The notes beneath the pieces are model-generated. The model had not been told where the DNA came from, did no database searches, and was given only the letters and a program-made list of their open reading frames with translations. The translations under genes were made by a program, and so were the position numbers. This document shows, piece after piece, positions 26,984 through 35,071 of a stretch of 64,000 nt of DNA (positions are counted from its first letter, which is position 1; each line of letters opens with the position of its first letter). Source of the stretch: Pseudomonadota bacterium (GTDB lineage Bacteria > Pseudomonadota > Alphaproteobacteria > Rhodobacterales > Rhodobacteraceae); the NCBI GenBank assembly GCA_039193455.1, contig JBCCWO010000012.1:5311-69310 (forward strand), in the 5' to 3' direction.

Positions 26984-28081
26984 GTGTCCATGGGTGATCA
27001 TGGTGGCCGGGCGTTTCCGGCGGACGTGCTGCAGTCGCTGCAGCTTTTCGACAATCCAATGTTCATTGTGACGGTTGGCGCGGGGCAGGATCTGCGTTTT
27101 GGCGGATTGAACCACGCGCATGAGCGCGCCACTGGAATGTCGAGCGGGGATGTCACCGGAAAAACCCCGCACGAGGCGCTGCCGCCCCGGGTCGCGGATA
27201 CCGTCCTGATAAACTACCGCGCCTGTCTGAGCGCCGACACCGCGACGACCTATGAAGAGCTGCTGGATCTGCCGGCCGGCGCGCGTTGGTGGCGCACAAC
27301 GCTTACCCCCTACCGGGTCGAGGGGAGGGTTCTTGCGATCATCGGTTCGTCGGTCGACATCACGCCGGTGAAAGAACGCAGCGCGGTGCTGGCCACCGAT
27401 GGCGACGGCATGCACCGCCAGGTCGCGGCGTTGCAGACGCTGGCCTTTGCCGCCACCTCGCGCATGCGCGGACCGCTCAATAACATGGTGACGCTGGGGC
27501 GGCTCTTGCGGGCCGAGCTGCGCCCGCCGCTGCGCCGCAAGGAACAGCTTCTCAGCATGATCATCGACACGGCGGTGCACGCGCTGGACGAGATCGACAT
27601 TTTTGAGCGCGATCAGGAACTGGCGCAGGTCTGTGCCGCCTTCGGCGACAGCACGATCGACTTCGGACATCTGTGCCGCGATCTTGCGGCGTTGATCGAC
27701 CCCGAACGGCGGTTGAACATTTGCTTCCCCGACGCCCATGTCATTGGCCCGCCCGCCCGGGTCGAGCCCGCGATGCAGGCCGCGCTGTGCTATGCCGCGG
27801 CCCGGGCCGATGGCCGGATCGACATCAACCTGCGCCCCGATGCGCGCGAGGCCGACGGCGTACATCTGCGCCTGATCTGGGACGCCCGGCCCGCCCCGAT
27901 GCACGACGCGCTGACCGAGACGCGGCTGCGTACCCGGATCGATGCGCTGGGGTTGCATGTGCTGTTGACCCAGAACGCCAAACGCGAGGGGCGCACCGTT
28001 CTGGACCTGACGCTGCCTAGCACGCGTTTTGTGTCAGAGCCTGCAATGGCCCTTAGCCAGAGCGGTCACGCCAGCGGTTGA
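26984..28081 (+). CDS. PAS-domain sensor with degenerate histidine-kinase core
   Basis: PAS-like N-terminal half. H-box-like ATSRMRGPLNNM lacks His, and no N or G1 boxes were seen. Confidence 0.6.
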   Translation: MSMGDHGGRAFPADVLQSLQLFDNPMFIVTVGAGQDLRFGGLNHAHERATGMSSGDVTGKTPHEALPPRVADTVLINYRACLSADTATTYEELLDLPAGARWWRTTLTPYRVEGRVLAIIGSSVDITPVKERSAVLATDGDGMHRQVAALQTLAFAATSRMRGPLNNMVTLGRLLRAELRPPLRRKEQLLSMIIDTAVHALDEIDIFERDQELAQVCAAFGDSTIDFGHLCRDLAALIDPERRLNICFPDAHVIGPPARVEPAMQAALCYAAARADGRIDINLRPDAREADGVHLRLIWDARPAPMHDALTETRLRTRIDALGLHVLLTQNAKREGRTVLDLTLPSTRFVSEPAMALSQSGHASG

Positions 28082-29717
28082 CGATCGGATAACGGCGGTC
28101 GAGCCAGAAGGACCGCGGCGTCAGGCGCGGGCCCGGCGCGGACTGAAAGCGTTTGTATTCGCTGATGTAGATCAGGTGTTCGACCTTCTTGACGGTCGCA
28201 CCGTCGAAGCCGTCGGCGACCAGCTCGGCCACGCTGCGCTCGCGATCGATCAGCCCGTCGAGGATCGCATCGAGCACCTCGTAGGGCGGCAGGCTGTCTT
28301 CATCCTTTTGATCTTCGCGCAGTTCCGCCGATGGCGGTTTGTCGATCACGCGCGGCGGGATAACCTCGCCTGCGGGCGCCTTCATCCACGGTCGGTGATT
28401 GGCGTTGCGCCAGCGGCAGGTCTCAAAAACCCGGGTCTTGTACAGGTCCTTGACCGGGTTGTAGCCGCCCGACATGTCGCCGTAGATCGTCGCATAGCCC
28501 ACCGCGACCTCGGACTTGTTGCCGGTCGTCAGGAGCATTTCGCCAAACTTGTTTGACAGCGCCATCAAGAGCAGCCCGCGCAAGCGCGACTGGATGTTTT
28601 CTTCGGCGATGTCGGGTTCGGTTCCGGCAAAGAGCCCGGCCAGCGCCTCTGTCACCGCCGCGCGGGGCCCCGAGATCGGGATCGTGTCAAGCCGACAGCC
28701 CAGCGCCGTGGCCACGCCGGTCGCGTCCTCAAGCGAGTGGTCCGAAGTGTATTCCGACGGCAGCATCACGCAGCGGACGTTTTCGGGACCCAGCGCATCG
28801 GCGGCGATGGTGGCCACCAGCGCGCTGTCGATCCCGCCGGAGAGCCCCAGCAGGACCTTGCCGAATCCGGTCTTGCCGCAATAGTCGCGCAGTGTTTCGA
28901 CCATCACGCGATAGTCCTGCTCCCACGCGTCGGGCAAGGGCGCGATATCGCCGGACAGCGCGCGCCACCCCTCGGCCGTGTGTTCGAAGGTGACCTCTGC
29001 CAACGCCTCGTCATGCACGGGCAGCCGCAGCGCCAGCGCGCCGCCGGGGTTCAGCACAAAGGAGCCGCCGTCGAACATCTGGTCGTCCTGGCCGCCCACC
29101 ATGTTGAGGTACACAAGCGGCAGGCCGGTTTCGACGGTGCGCGCCACCATGTGGTTGAGCCGGGTGTCGTACTTGCCGCGGTAATAGGGCGAGCCATTGG
29201 GAACCAGCAGGATCTCGGCGCCGCTTTCCTCAAGTGTTTCCGACACATCGGCGTGCCAGGCGTCTTCGCAGATGGGCGTTCCGATGCGGGTGAGGTTGTC
29301 GACCGAGAACGGCCCGCTGATCGGCCCCGGGGTGAAGAGGCGCACCTCGTCAAACACCGTCTCGTTCGGCAGGTGGTGTTTGAGCACCTGCGCCACCAGA
29401 CGCCCGCCTTTGAGCACGTGATAGGCGTTGTAGAGCTGATCGCCCTGTATCAGAGGCCCGCCGATCGCCATGGCGGGGCCATCCGCGCAGGCCGCGCACA
29501 AGGCATCGACATGGGCCATCGCATCGCGGGCGAACGCCTCTTTCATCACCAGGTCCTGGGTCTGGTAGCCGGTGATGAACATCTCGGGCAGCGCCACCAT
29601 GTCGGACCCGGCGGATTTCGCCGCCTCCCAGGCGGTGCGCGCCTTGTCGGCATTGCCCGCCAGATCGCCCACCGTGGGGTTCAACTGCGCCAGCGTCAGG
29701 CGAAATCGGTTGCTCAT
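28053..29717 (-). CDS. nadE: NAD+ synthase (glutamine-hydrolysing)
   Basis: N-terminal CN-hydrolase domain plus C-terminal NAD synthetase domain with GLSGGIDS. Start at ATG 29717. Confidence 0.9.
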   Translation of the reverse strand: MSNRFRLTLAQLNPTVGDLAGNADKARTAWEAAKSAGSDMVALPEMFITGYQTQDLVMKEAFARDAMAHVDALCAACADGPAMAIGGPLIQGDQLYNAYHVLKGGRLVAQVLKHHLPNETVFDEVRLFTPGPISGPFSVDNLTRIGTPICEDAWHADVSETLEESGAEILLVPNGSPYYRGKYDTRLNHMVARTVETGLPLVYLNMVGGQDDQMFDGGSFVLNPGGALALRLPVHDEALAEVTFEHTAEGWRALSGDIAPLPDAWEQDYRVMVETLRDYCGKTGFGKVLLGLSGGIDSALVATIAADALGPENVRCVMLPSEYTSDHSLEDATGVATALGCRLDTIPISGPRAAVTEALAGLFAGTEPDIAEENIQSRLRGLLLMALSNKFGEMLLTTGNKSEVAVGYATIYGDMSGGYNPVKDLYKTRVFETCRWRNANHRPWMKAPAGEVIPPRVIDKPPSAELREDQKDEDSLPPYEVLDAILDGLIDRERSVAELVADGFDGATVKKVEHLIYISEYKRFQSAPGPRLTPRSFWLDRRYPIVNRWRDRSG

Positions 29718-29877
29718 GGTCCCACCGTGTCCTTCTCGAAGCCGTCTTATCAGAACCGCGTGTAAGGGAAAGGGATAGGGCAAAAAGCGTTGCGGGCCAT
29801 GGGCGGCTCACCTAGGATTGCCACGTCCCGATGGGTGGCCGTGTGCGTGGCCCGGGACACAGGAGAGGGAGCCTGAC

Positions 29878-31311
29878 ATGACACTGTCGAAACTCGTCCG
29901 CGGAACGGGCGCAGCCCTTGTGGTGGCATTGTCCACGCAGGGCGCCATTGCACAAAGCGACGGCGAAGTCCTGACCAAGCAGTACGATGACGGCGGAATC
30001 TACGAGGGCACGTTCCGCGAGGGCAAGCAGCACGGCCAGGGCACCTATCGGTTGCCCAACGGCTATGAATACACGGGCGAATGGGTGGATGGTGAGATTC
30101 GCGGCCAGGGTGTCGCGCGCTTCCCCAACGGCTCAATCTACGAGGGTGCCTTTGCGGCGGGCAAGCCCGAAGGACAGGGCAAGATCACCTTTGCCGATGG
30201 GGGCACGTATGAAGGCGCCTGGGCCGATGGCGAGATGACCGGCGAAGGCGTGGCGACCTATGCCAACGGCGTGGTCTATACCGGCGGATTCGTAAACGCG
30301 CAGCATTCCGGGCAGGGCCGGATGGAAAGCCCCTCGGGCTATGTCTACGAGGGCGGCTGGGTCGACGGCGTCAAAGAGGGCGACGGTCGGATCGAATATC
30401 CCGACGGCGCGATTTATGAAGGCACGCTGGCCGCCGGCAAGCGCGCGGGCGACGGCACGCTGACCATGCCCGACGGGCTGGTCTATGAGGGTGGCTGGCT
30501 GGACGGGCAGATCCACGGCCAGGGGCGGTTGGTGCAGCCCAACGGCGACGTTTACGTGGGGGCCTTTGTCAACGGCCAACGCGAAGGCGAAGGCATCGTG
30601 ACCTATGCCAATTCCGACGTCTACGCCGGCGCCTTTCTGGCCGACAAGCGCCACGGCCAGGGCACATTCACAGCAACCGATGGCTATGTCTACGAGGGGT
30701 CCTGGGTTGAAGGCAGCATCGCGGGCGAGGGCCAGGTGACCTATCCCGACGGATCGGTCTATGTCGGCACCTTCGTGGACGGGGTGGCCGACGGCACCGG
30801 CACGATCACCTATGCCGATGGCTCGACCTATGAGGGCCAGTGGGTCAAGGGCGTGATCGAGGGCGAAGGCCGTGCGGTCTATGCCAACGGCCTGGTCTAT
30901 GAGGGTGAGTTCCAGAATGCGCAAAACCACGGGCAAGGCGTGATGACCTACACCGATGGGTATCGTTACGAGGGCGCCTGGATCGAGGGGCAGCGGCACG
31001 GGCAAGGCATTGCCACCTATGCCGATGGCACGATCTACGAGGGCGCGTTCGTCGAGGGGCTGCGCGAAGGTCAGGGCACGATCCGCATGGCCGAGGGCTT
31101 TGTCTACGAGGGCGAGTGGGCCGAGGGCGAGATCAATGGCATGGGCATTGCCACCTATGCCAATGGCGATGTCTACGAAGGCATGTTCGTCAATGGCCGT
31201 CGTGAGGGCGCGGGCACGATCCGCTATGCCTCGGGCGAGGTGGCCGAGGGCACGTGGGTGAACGGCGCGCTGACCCAGACCGAGGGCGCGACCGAGACCG
31301 TCACCGAATAG
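29878..31311 (+). CDS. Secreted MORN-repeat protein
   Basis: Signal peptide followed by 18 consecutive 23-aa YxGxWxxGxxxGxG repeats. GGAGAGGGAG RBS. Confidence 0.9.
   Translation: MTLSKLVRGTGAALVVALSTQGAIAQSDGEVLTKQYDDGGIYEGTFREGKQHGQGTYRLPNGYEYTGEWVDGEIRGQGVARFPNGSIYEGAFAAGKPEGQGKITFADGGTYEGAWADGEMTGEGVATYANGVVYTGGFVNAQHSGQGRMESPSGYVYEGGWVDGVKEGDGRIEYPDGAIYEGTLAAGKRAGDGTLTMPDGLVYEGGWLDGQIHGQGRLVQPNGDVYVGAFVNGQREGEGIVTYANSDVYAGAFLADKRHGQGTFTATDGYVYEGSWVEGSIAGEGQVTYPDGSVYVGTFVDGVADGTGTITYADGSTYEGQWVKGVIEGEGRAVYANGLVYEGEFQNAQNHGQGVMTYTDGYRYEGAWIEGQRHGQGIATYADGTIYEGAFVEGLREGQGTIRMAEGFVYEGEWAEGEINGMGIATYANGDVYEGMFVNGRREGAGTIRYASGEVAEGTWVNGALTQTEGATETVTE
30001..31242 (+). repeat. 18 x 69-bp in-frame tandem MORN repeat array (coding)
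   Basis: Each unit starts with Y(E/T/V/A)G and is exactly 23 codons. A partial 19th unit follows. Confidence 0.85.
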
Positions 31312-31321
31312 CGCCCCGGCG

Positions 31322-31828
31322 GTGGCGCGACAGGCGTTTACCTTCCGCTTTGCCGAGCCGGATGATGCGGGCGCGCTTGCCGCGCTGTTCCAAGAGGCAG
31401 AGCTGCACTACTGGGGTACGCGGGACGGGGCCGAGGACGACGCCCGGGCGGTGGCCGATGCCATTGTGGGCGGGCGGTCCGGCGTGCAGGCGGTGCTTGC
31501 CTGTGTCGACGCCCAGCCCGTGGGGTTTGCCACCGTAACGCTGTTGCACCCTGCGCCGACACCGGCGGGGACGCTCTTCATGAAAGATCTCTATGTCAGC
31601 GCCGGGATGCGGGGCAGCGGAATCGGTCGGGCGTTCCTGCGGTTTCTGGCACGTCATGCGGCCGCCCTGGGCTGCGTGCGGTTCGATTGGACCGCAGAGG
31701 CCGACAACCCGCGCGCGGTCGCGTTCTATGAGGCGTTGGGGGCCGAGGTGGTTCGGGAGAAGGTGTATTTTCGCGTGCGCGGCGAGGATTTGGAGGGGTT
31801 TGGAGCGGACGAGGGGCCCGCATCTTAG
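31322..31828 (+). CDS. GNAT family N-acetyltransferase
   Basis: MRGSGIGRAFL acetyl-CoA loop. GTG start. Confidence 0.8.
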   Translation: MARQAFTFRFAEPDDAGALAALFQEAELHYWGTRDGAEDDARAVADAIVGGRSGVQAVLACVDAQPVGFATVTLLHPAPTPAGTLFMKDLYVSAGMRGSGIGRAFLRFLARHAAALGCVRFDWTAEADNPRAVAFYEALGAEVVREKVYFRVRGEDLEGFGADEGPAS

Positions 31829-31845
31829 CCCTTCGCGACGGGGCG

Positions 31846-33375
31846 TTACACCACCTCCCCCGCGTCAAGCTTTGCCAAGACGCCCTCTGCCTCCGCCAGC
31901 ACCGTTGCGCGCCGCGCCGCGTCCATCCGATCCCAGGTGCGGTACATCTGGCCCATGCGCGGGTTGGTTGAGAACCGGTCACGGTGGCGGATCAGGAATT
32001 GCCAGTAGAGCAGGTTGAAGGGGCACGCCCCGTCGCCCGTCTTGGCCTTCACGCTGTAGTGGCATCCCCGGCAGTAATCGGACATCCGGTCGATGTAGGC
32101 CCCGGACGACACATAGGGTTTTGACCCCACCACACCGCCATCGGCAAACTGGCTCATCCCGACGGTGTTGGGGCTTTCGACCCATTCGAAGGCGTCGATA
32201 TAGACGCTGAGATACCATTCATGCACCTCGGTGGGGTCGATCCCCGCCAGAAGCGCAAAGTTGCCCGTCACCATCAGCCGCTGGATGTGATGGGCATAGG
32301 CGTGGTCGCGGGTCTGGCCCACCGCATGGGCGATGCAGTTCATCTTGGTCTCGGCCCCCCAGTAGAAATCGGGGAGTTTGCGTTGGTGGTTCAGCGCGTT
32401 GCGGCGGGGGTAATCGGGGCCCTCGCGGAAGTAGACGCCGCGGATGAACTCACGCCAGCCGATGATCTGGCGGATGAAGCCCTCGGCAGCGTTGATCGGG
32501 CAGTTGCCTTGCTTGTACGCCGCTTCGACGCGCTGGCAGATGTCGAGCGGGTCGAGCAGGCCGATATTGAGATAGGCCGAGATCATCGCGTGATGGAGGA
32601 AGGGGTCGTCTTCCAGCATCGCGTCCTGATAGTCCCCAAAGCTTGGCAGGGCGTGGGTGATGAAGTGGTCCAGCGTGGCTTCGGCGCCGTTGCGGTTGGT
32701 GGCCCAGACGAAGGGGCGGAGGCGGCCGAAATTGCCAGGGCACTCTCGCTCAACGAGGTCCAGCACATCGGTGGTGATCTGATCCGGCGCGGTCTCGAGC
32801 CGCGGTGCGCGGAAAAGATCGGCCTTTGCCGGTTTGCGGTTGTCGTGGTCGAAGTTCCACTTGCCGCCCTCGGGTTTGTCGCCGTCCATCAGAAGGCCGG
32901 TCTTGCGCCGCATCTCGCGGTAGAAATACTCCATCCGCAGTTCCTTGCGGCCCTCGGCCCAGCTGTCGAACTCGGCGTGGCCGGCGATAAAGCGGTCGTC
33001 TTCGAGGAGTTGCACGTCGAGCGGCGTGTCTTCCAGTGCCTGGATCAACCGCCACTCGCCGGGGCGGGTGGCGATCACTTTCGCCGCGCCGGTTTCCGCG
33101 GCCCGGCGGAGGAGTTCGCCGGGGATTGAGCCTGCGTTTTCCGGGGCGTCATAGCGGGTGTAAGCGACGGTCCAGCCCTCTGCCCGCAGCTCTTCGGCGA
33201 AGTGGCGCATGGCGGCGAAGATCAGCGCGATCTTTTGCGGGTGGTGGCCGACATAGGATGCCTCGTCGCGCACCTCGGCCATCACGACCGTGTCGGTGGC
33301 GCGGTCGCCCGCGCGCAGGGCGGCAACCGTTGGGGTCAGTTGATCCCCGAGGACAAGGATCAGACGGCTCACCAC
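31846..33375 (-). CDS. Fe-S cluster-containing cryptochrome/(6-4) photolyase family protein (FeS-BCP, CryB/PhrB-like)
   Basis: 509 aa. Four Cys with spacing C-88-CxxC-13-C (NCIAH...YCRGCHY...GACPF), as I recall for CryB/PhrB. Confidence 0.8.
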   Translation of the reverse strand: MVSRLILVLGDQLTPTVAALRAGDRATDTVVMAEVRDEASYVGHHPQKIALIFAAMRHFAEELRAEGWTVAYTRYDAPENAGSIPGELLRRAAETGAAKVIATRPGEWRLIQALEDTPLDVQLLEDDRFIAGHAEFDSWAEGRKELRMEYFYREMRRKTGLLMDGDKPEGGKWNFDHDNRKPAKADLFRAPRLETAPDQITTDVLDLVERECPGNFGRLRPFVWATNRNGAEATLDHFITHALPSFGDYQDAMLEDDPFLHHAMISAYLNIGLLDPLDICQRVEAAYKQGNCPINAAEGFIRQIIGWREFIRGVYFREGPDYPRRNALNHQRKLPDFYWGAETKMNCIAHAVGQTRDHAYAHHIQRLMVTGNFALLAGIDPTEVHEWYLSVYIDAFEWVESPNTVGMSQFADGGVVGSKPYVSSGAYIDRMSDYCRGCHYSVKAKTGDGACPFNLLYWQFLIRHRDRFSTNPRMGQMYRTWDRMDAARRATVLAEAEGVLAKLDAGEVV

Positions 33376-34034
33376 GGGATCTCCCGCCCGGCATAGTCAT
33401 AGAACCCGCCGGATTGCGCGGACGTCAGCCCCGCGACCACATCCACAAGGTTTGCCGCGGCGTCCGCGGGCGGCACCGTCGTGTGTGCCGCCGCGTATTT
33501 CGCGGTGAAGTTTGTCGCCACGGTGCCGGGGTGCAGGCAGACGGCGATGGCCTGTTTGTGGGACCGCTTCAACTCGATCGCGGCGCCGTGGATCAGCTGG
33601 TTCAAGCCCGCCTTTGCGGCGCGGTAGCTGTGCCAGCCGCCAAGGCCATTGTCCCCAATGGAGCCCACCCGCGCCGATAGTGCAGCGAAGACGGCGCGGC
33701 GGTCGCGCGGGATCAGCGGCAGCGCGTGTTTAAGGACCAGCATCGGACCCACCGCATTCAGAATGTATTGATTTGCAAGGGTTTCAGCCGTGACCTGTTT
33801 CACCGCCTTCTCGGGCTCGGCCCCGTCAATGACAAGTGCACCCGTGGCCACGAAGATCAGGTCGAACGGCCCGTCCATAGCGCCCAGATGCGCCGCAACG
33901 CTCGCCTCATCGGTGACATCAAGCCCGTCGACCGACCGCGACAGCCCCGTCACCGCAACGCCGCGTTTCGTCAATTCCGCTGCCACCGCCGCGCCGATCC
34001 CGCCCGACGCGCCGACCACCAATGCCCGTTCCAT
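33369..34034 (-). CDS. SDR family oxidoreductase
   Basis: VVGASGGIGAAV Rossmann motif and YRAAK catalytic motif. The stop overlaps the photolyase start. Confidence 0.85.
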   Translation of the reverse strand: MERALVVGASGGIGAAVAAELTKRGVAVTGLSRSVDGLDVTDEASVAAHLGAMDGPFDLIFVATGALVIDGAEPEKAVKQVTAETLANQYILNAVGPMLVLKHALPLIPRDRRAVFAALSARVGSIGDNGLGGWHSYRAAKAGLNQLIHGAAIELKRSHKQAIAVCLHPGTVATNFTAKYAAAHTTVPPADAAANLVDVVAGLTSAQSGGFYDYAGREIPW

Positions 34035-34103
34035 GCCTCACCCTTCGTTGACCTCGGGCGAGATAGGGCCAGTTGGGTTAATGACGAGCCCCGGGAGACG
34101 CCC

Positions 34104-34859
34104 ATGCGCGCTATTCTAGCTTTGTTGTTGCTCTCACTGCCGGCGCAGGCGCTGGAATTGGAGCTGCGCGATTTCTACGAACTCAGCCGCCCCGCCAGCC
34201 TGGAGTTTGATCCCGATTTCTGCGGGCTCTGGATCGCGAATGAGGGGCCCGAAGCGGTGCTTTATACGCTCGACGGGCTAGAGCTGCGCCGGGTGACAAG
34301 CGACCTGCCCCGGATCAAGGCGATCACGCGCGAGGGGACGAACCTGATCGTGGCAGATGGCTTTGGCGGGTTCCAAAGGCTTTCGCGCGACGGCGAGGCG
34401 TTGGGCGCACCGTTCCGGATGGGCCGGTCGGTGGATACCGAAGGGCTGGCGATCACCGCCGAGGGGCTGATCCTCGCGGTCGAGGATGAGCCCGGGCATC
34501 TTTTGTGGCTGGCCCCCGATGGCTCGGTCGAGCGGCGGATCGATGGCTATGCGGTGGACCCGATCATGCACGAGCCGCAGGGTTTAGAGGTGGATCCGCG
34601 CAACGGGCACATCCTGGTCACCGATGACTGGGAAGGCACGAACAGCTTGTTTGAGTTCTCGGCCGGAGGGGACCTGCTGAGCGTTACATCGCTTTTGCAA
34701 TACGGGCGCGATCCCGAGGGGATTGCCCTGCGCCCGTCGACCAACACGCTGTTTATCGCCTTTGACGGCGGCGCGCGGATTGCGGCCTTTGACTATGTGC
34801 CGACCGGCGGAATTGATGACAGCGCCGAGGTGGCGGGCGCGGACTGCGTGATGTTCTAA
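34104..34859 (+). CDS. Secreted repeat (beta-propeller-like) protein, family uncertain
   Basis: Signal peptide MRAILALLLLSLPAQA and recurring xEG(L/I)A / DP(E/R)G segments. Family assignment not secure. Confidence 0.45.
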   Translation: MRAILALLLLSLPAQALELELRDFYELSRPASLEFDPDFCGLWIANEGPEAVLYTLDGLELRRVTSDLPRIKAITREGTNLIVADGFGGFQRLSRDGEALGAPFRMGRSVDTEGLAITAEGLILAVEDEPGHLLWLAPDGSVERRIDGYAVDPIMHEPQGLEVDPRNGHILVTDDWEGTNSLFEFSAGGDLLSVTSLLQYGRDPEGIALRPSTNTLFIAFDGGARIAAFDYVPTGGIDDSAEVAGADCVMF

Positions 34860-34917
34860 GCGGGCAGCGGCAACAAAGCCCTTCCCTTCGCGCGCGACTT
34901 TTGCCATCTTCCGCGCC

Positions 34918-34998
34918 ATGACACCGACGACACATATCCCGAGTGCTGCGCCCCTGGGCGCCCTCCTGTCGTCGCTTCTTCTCCTTAGCCGCCTCTGA
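34918..34998 (+). promoter_or_regulatory. Candidate Leu-rich leader peptide ORF upstream of leuA
   Basis: MTPTTHIPSAAPLGALLSSLLLLSRL* has 8 Leu in the last 14 codons. The stop is embedded in a stem-loop, with alternative pairings before the leuA RBS. Confidence 0.5.
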
Positions 34999-35071
34999 GC
35001 GTGCCTTTCGGCGCGACCGCTCAGGGGAGGATCAGCGCCGGATCAAACGCTAAGGACCAAGGACAAAACAC

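Noticed and set aside
30001-31242. Regular 69-bp periodicity that could be mistaken for a CRISPR-like or satellite array.
   Set aside because: The periodicity is in-frame coding MORN repeats. Units are diverged at the DNA level, with no repeat/spacer alternation.
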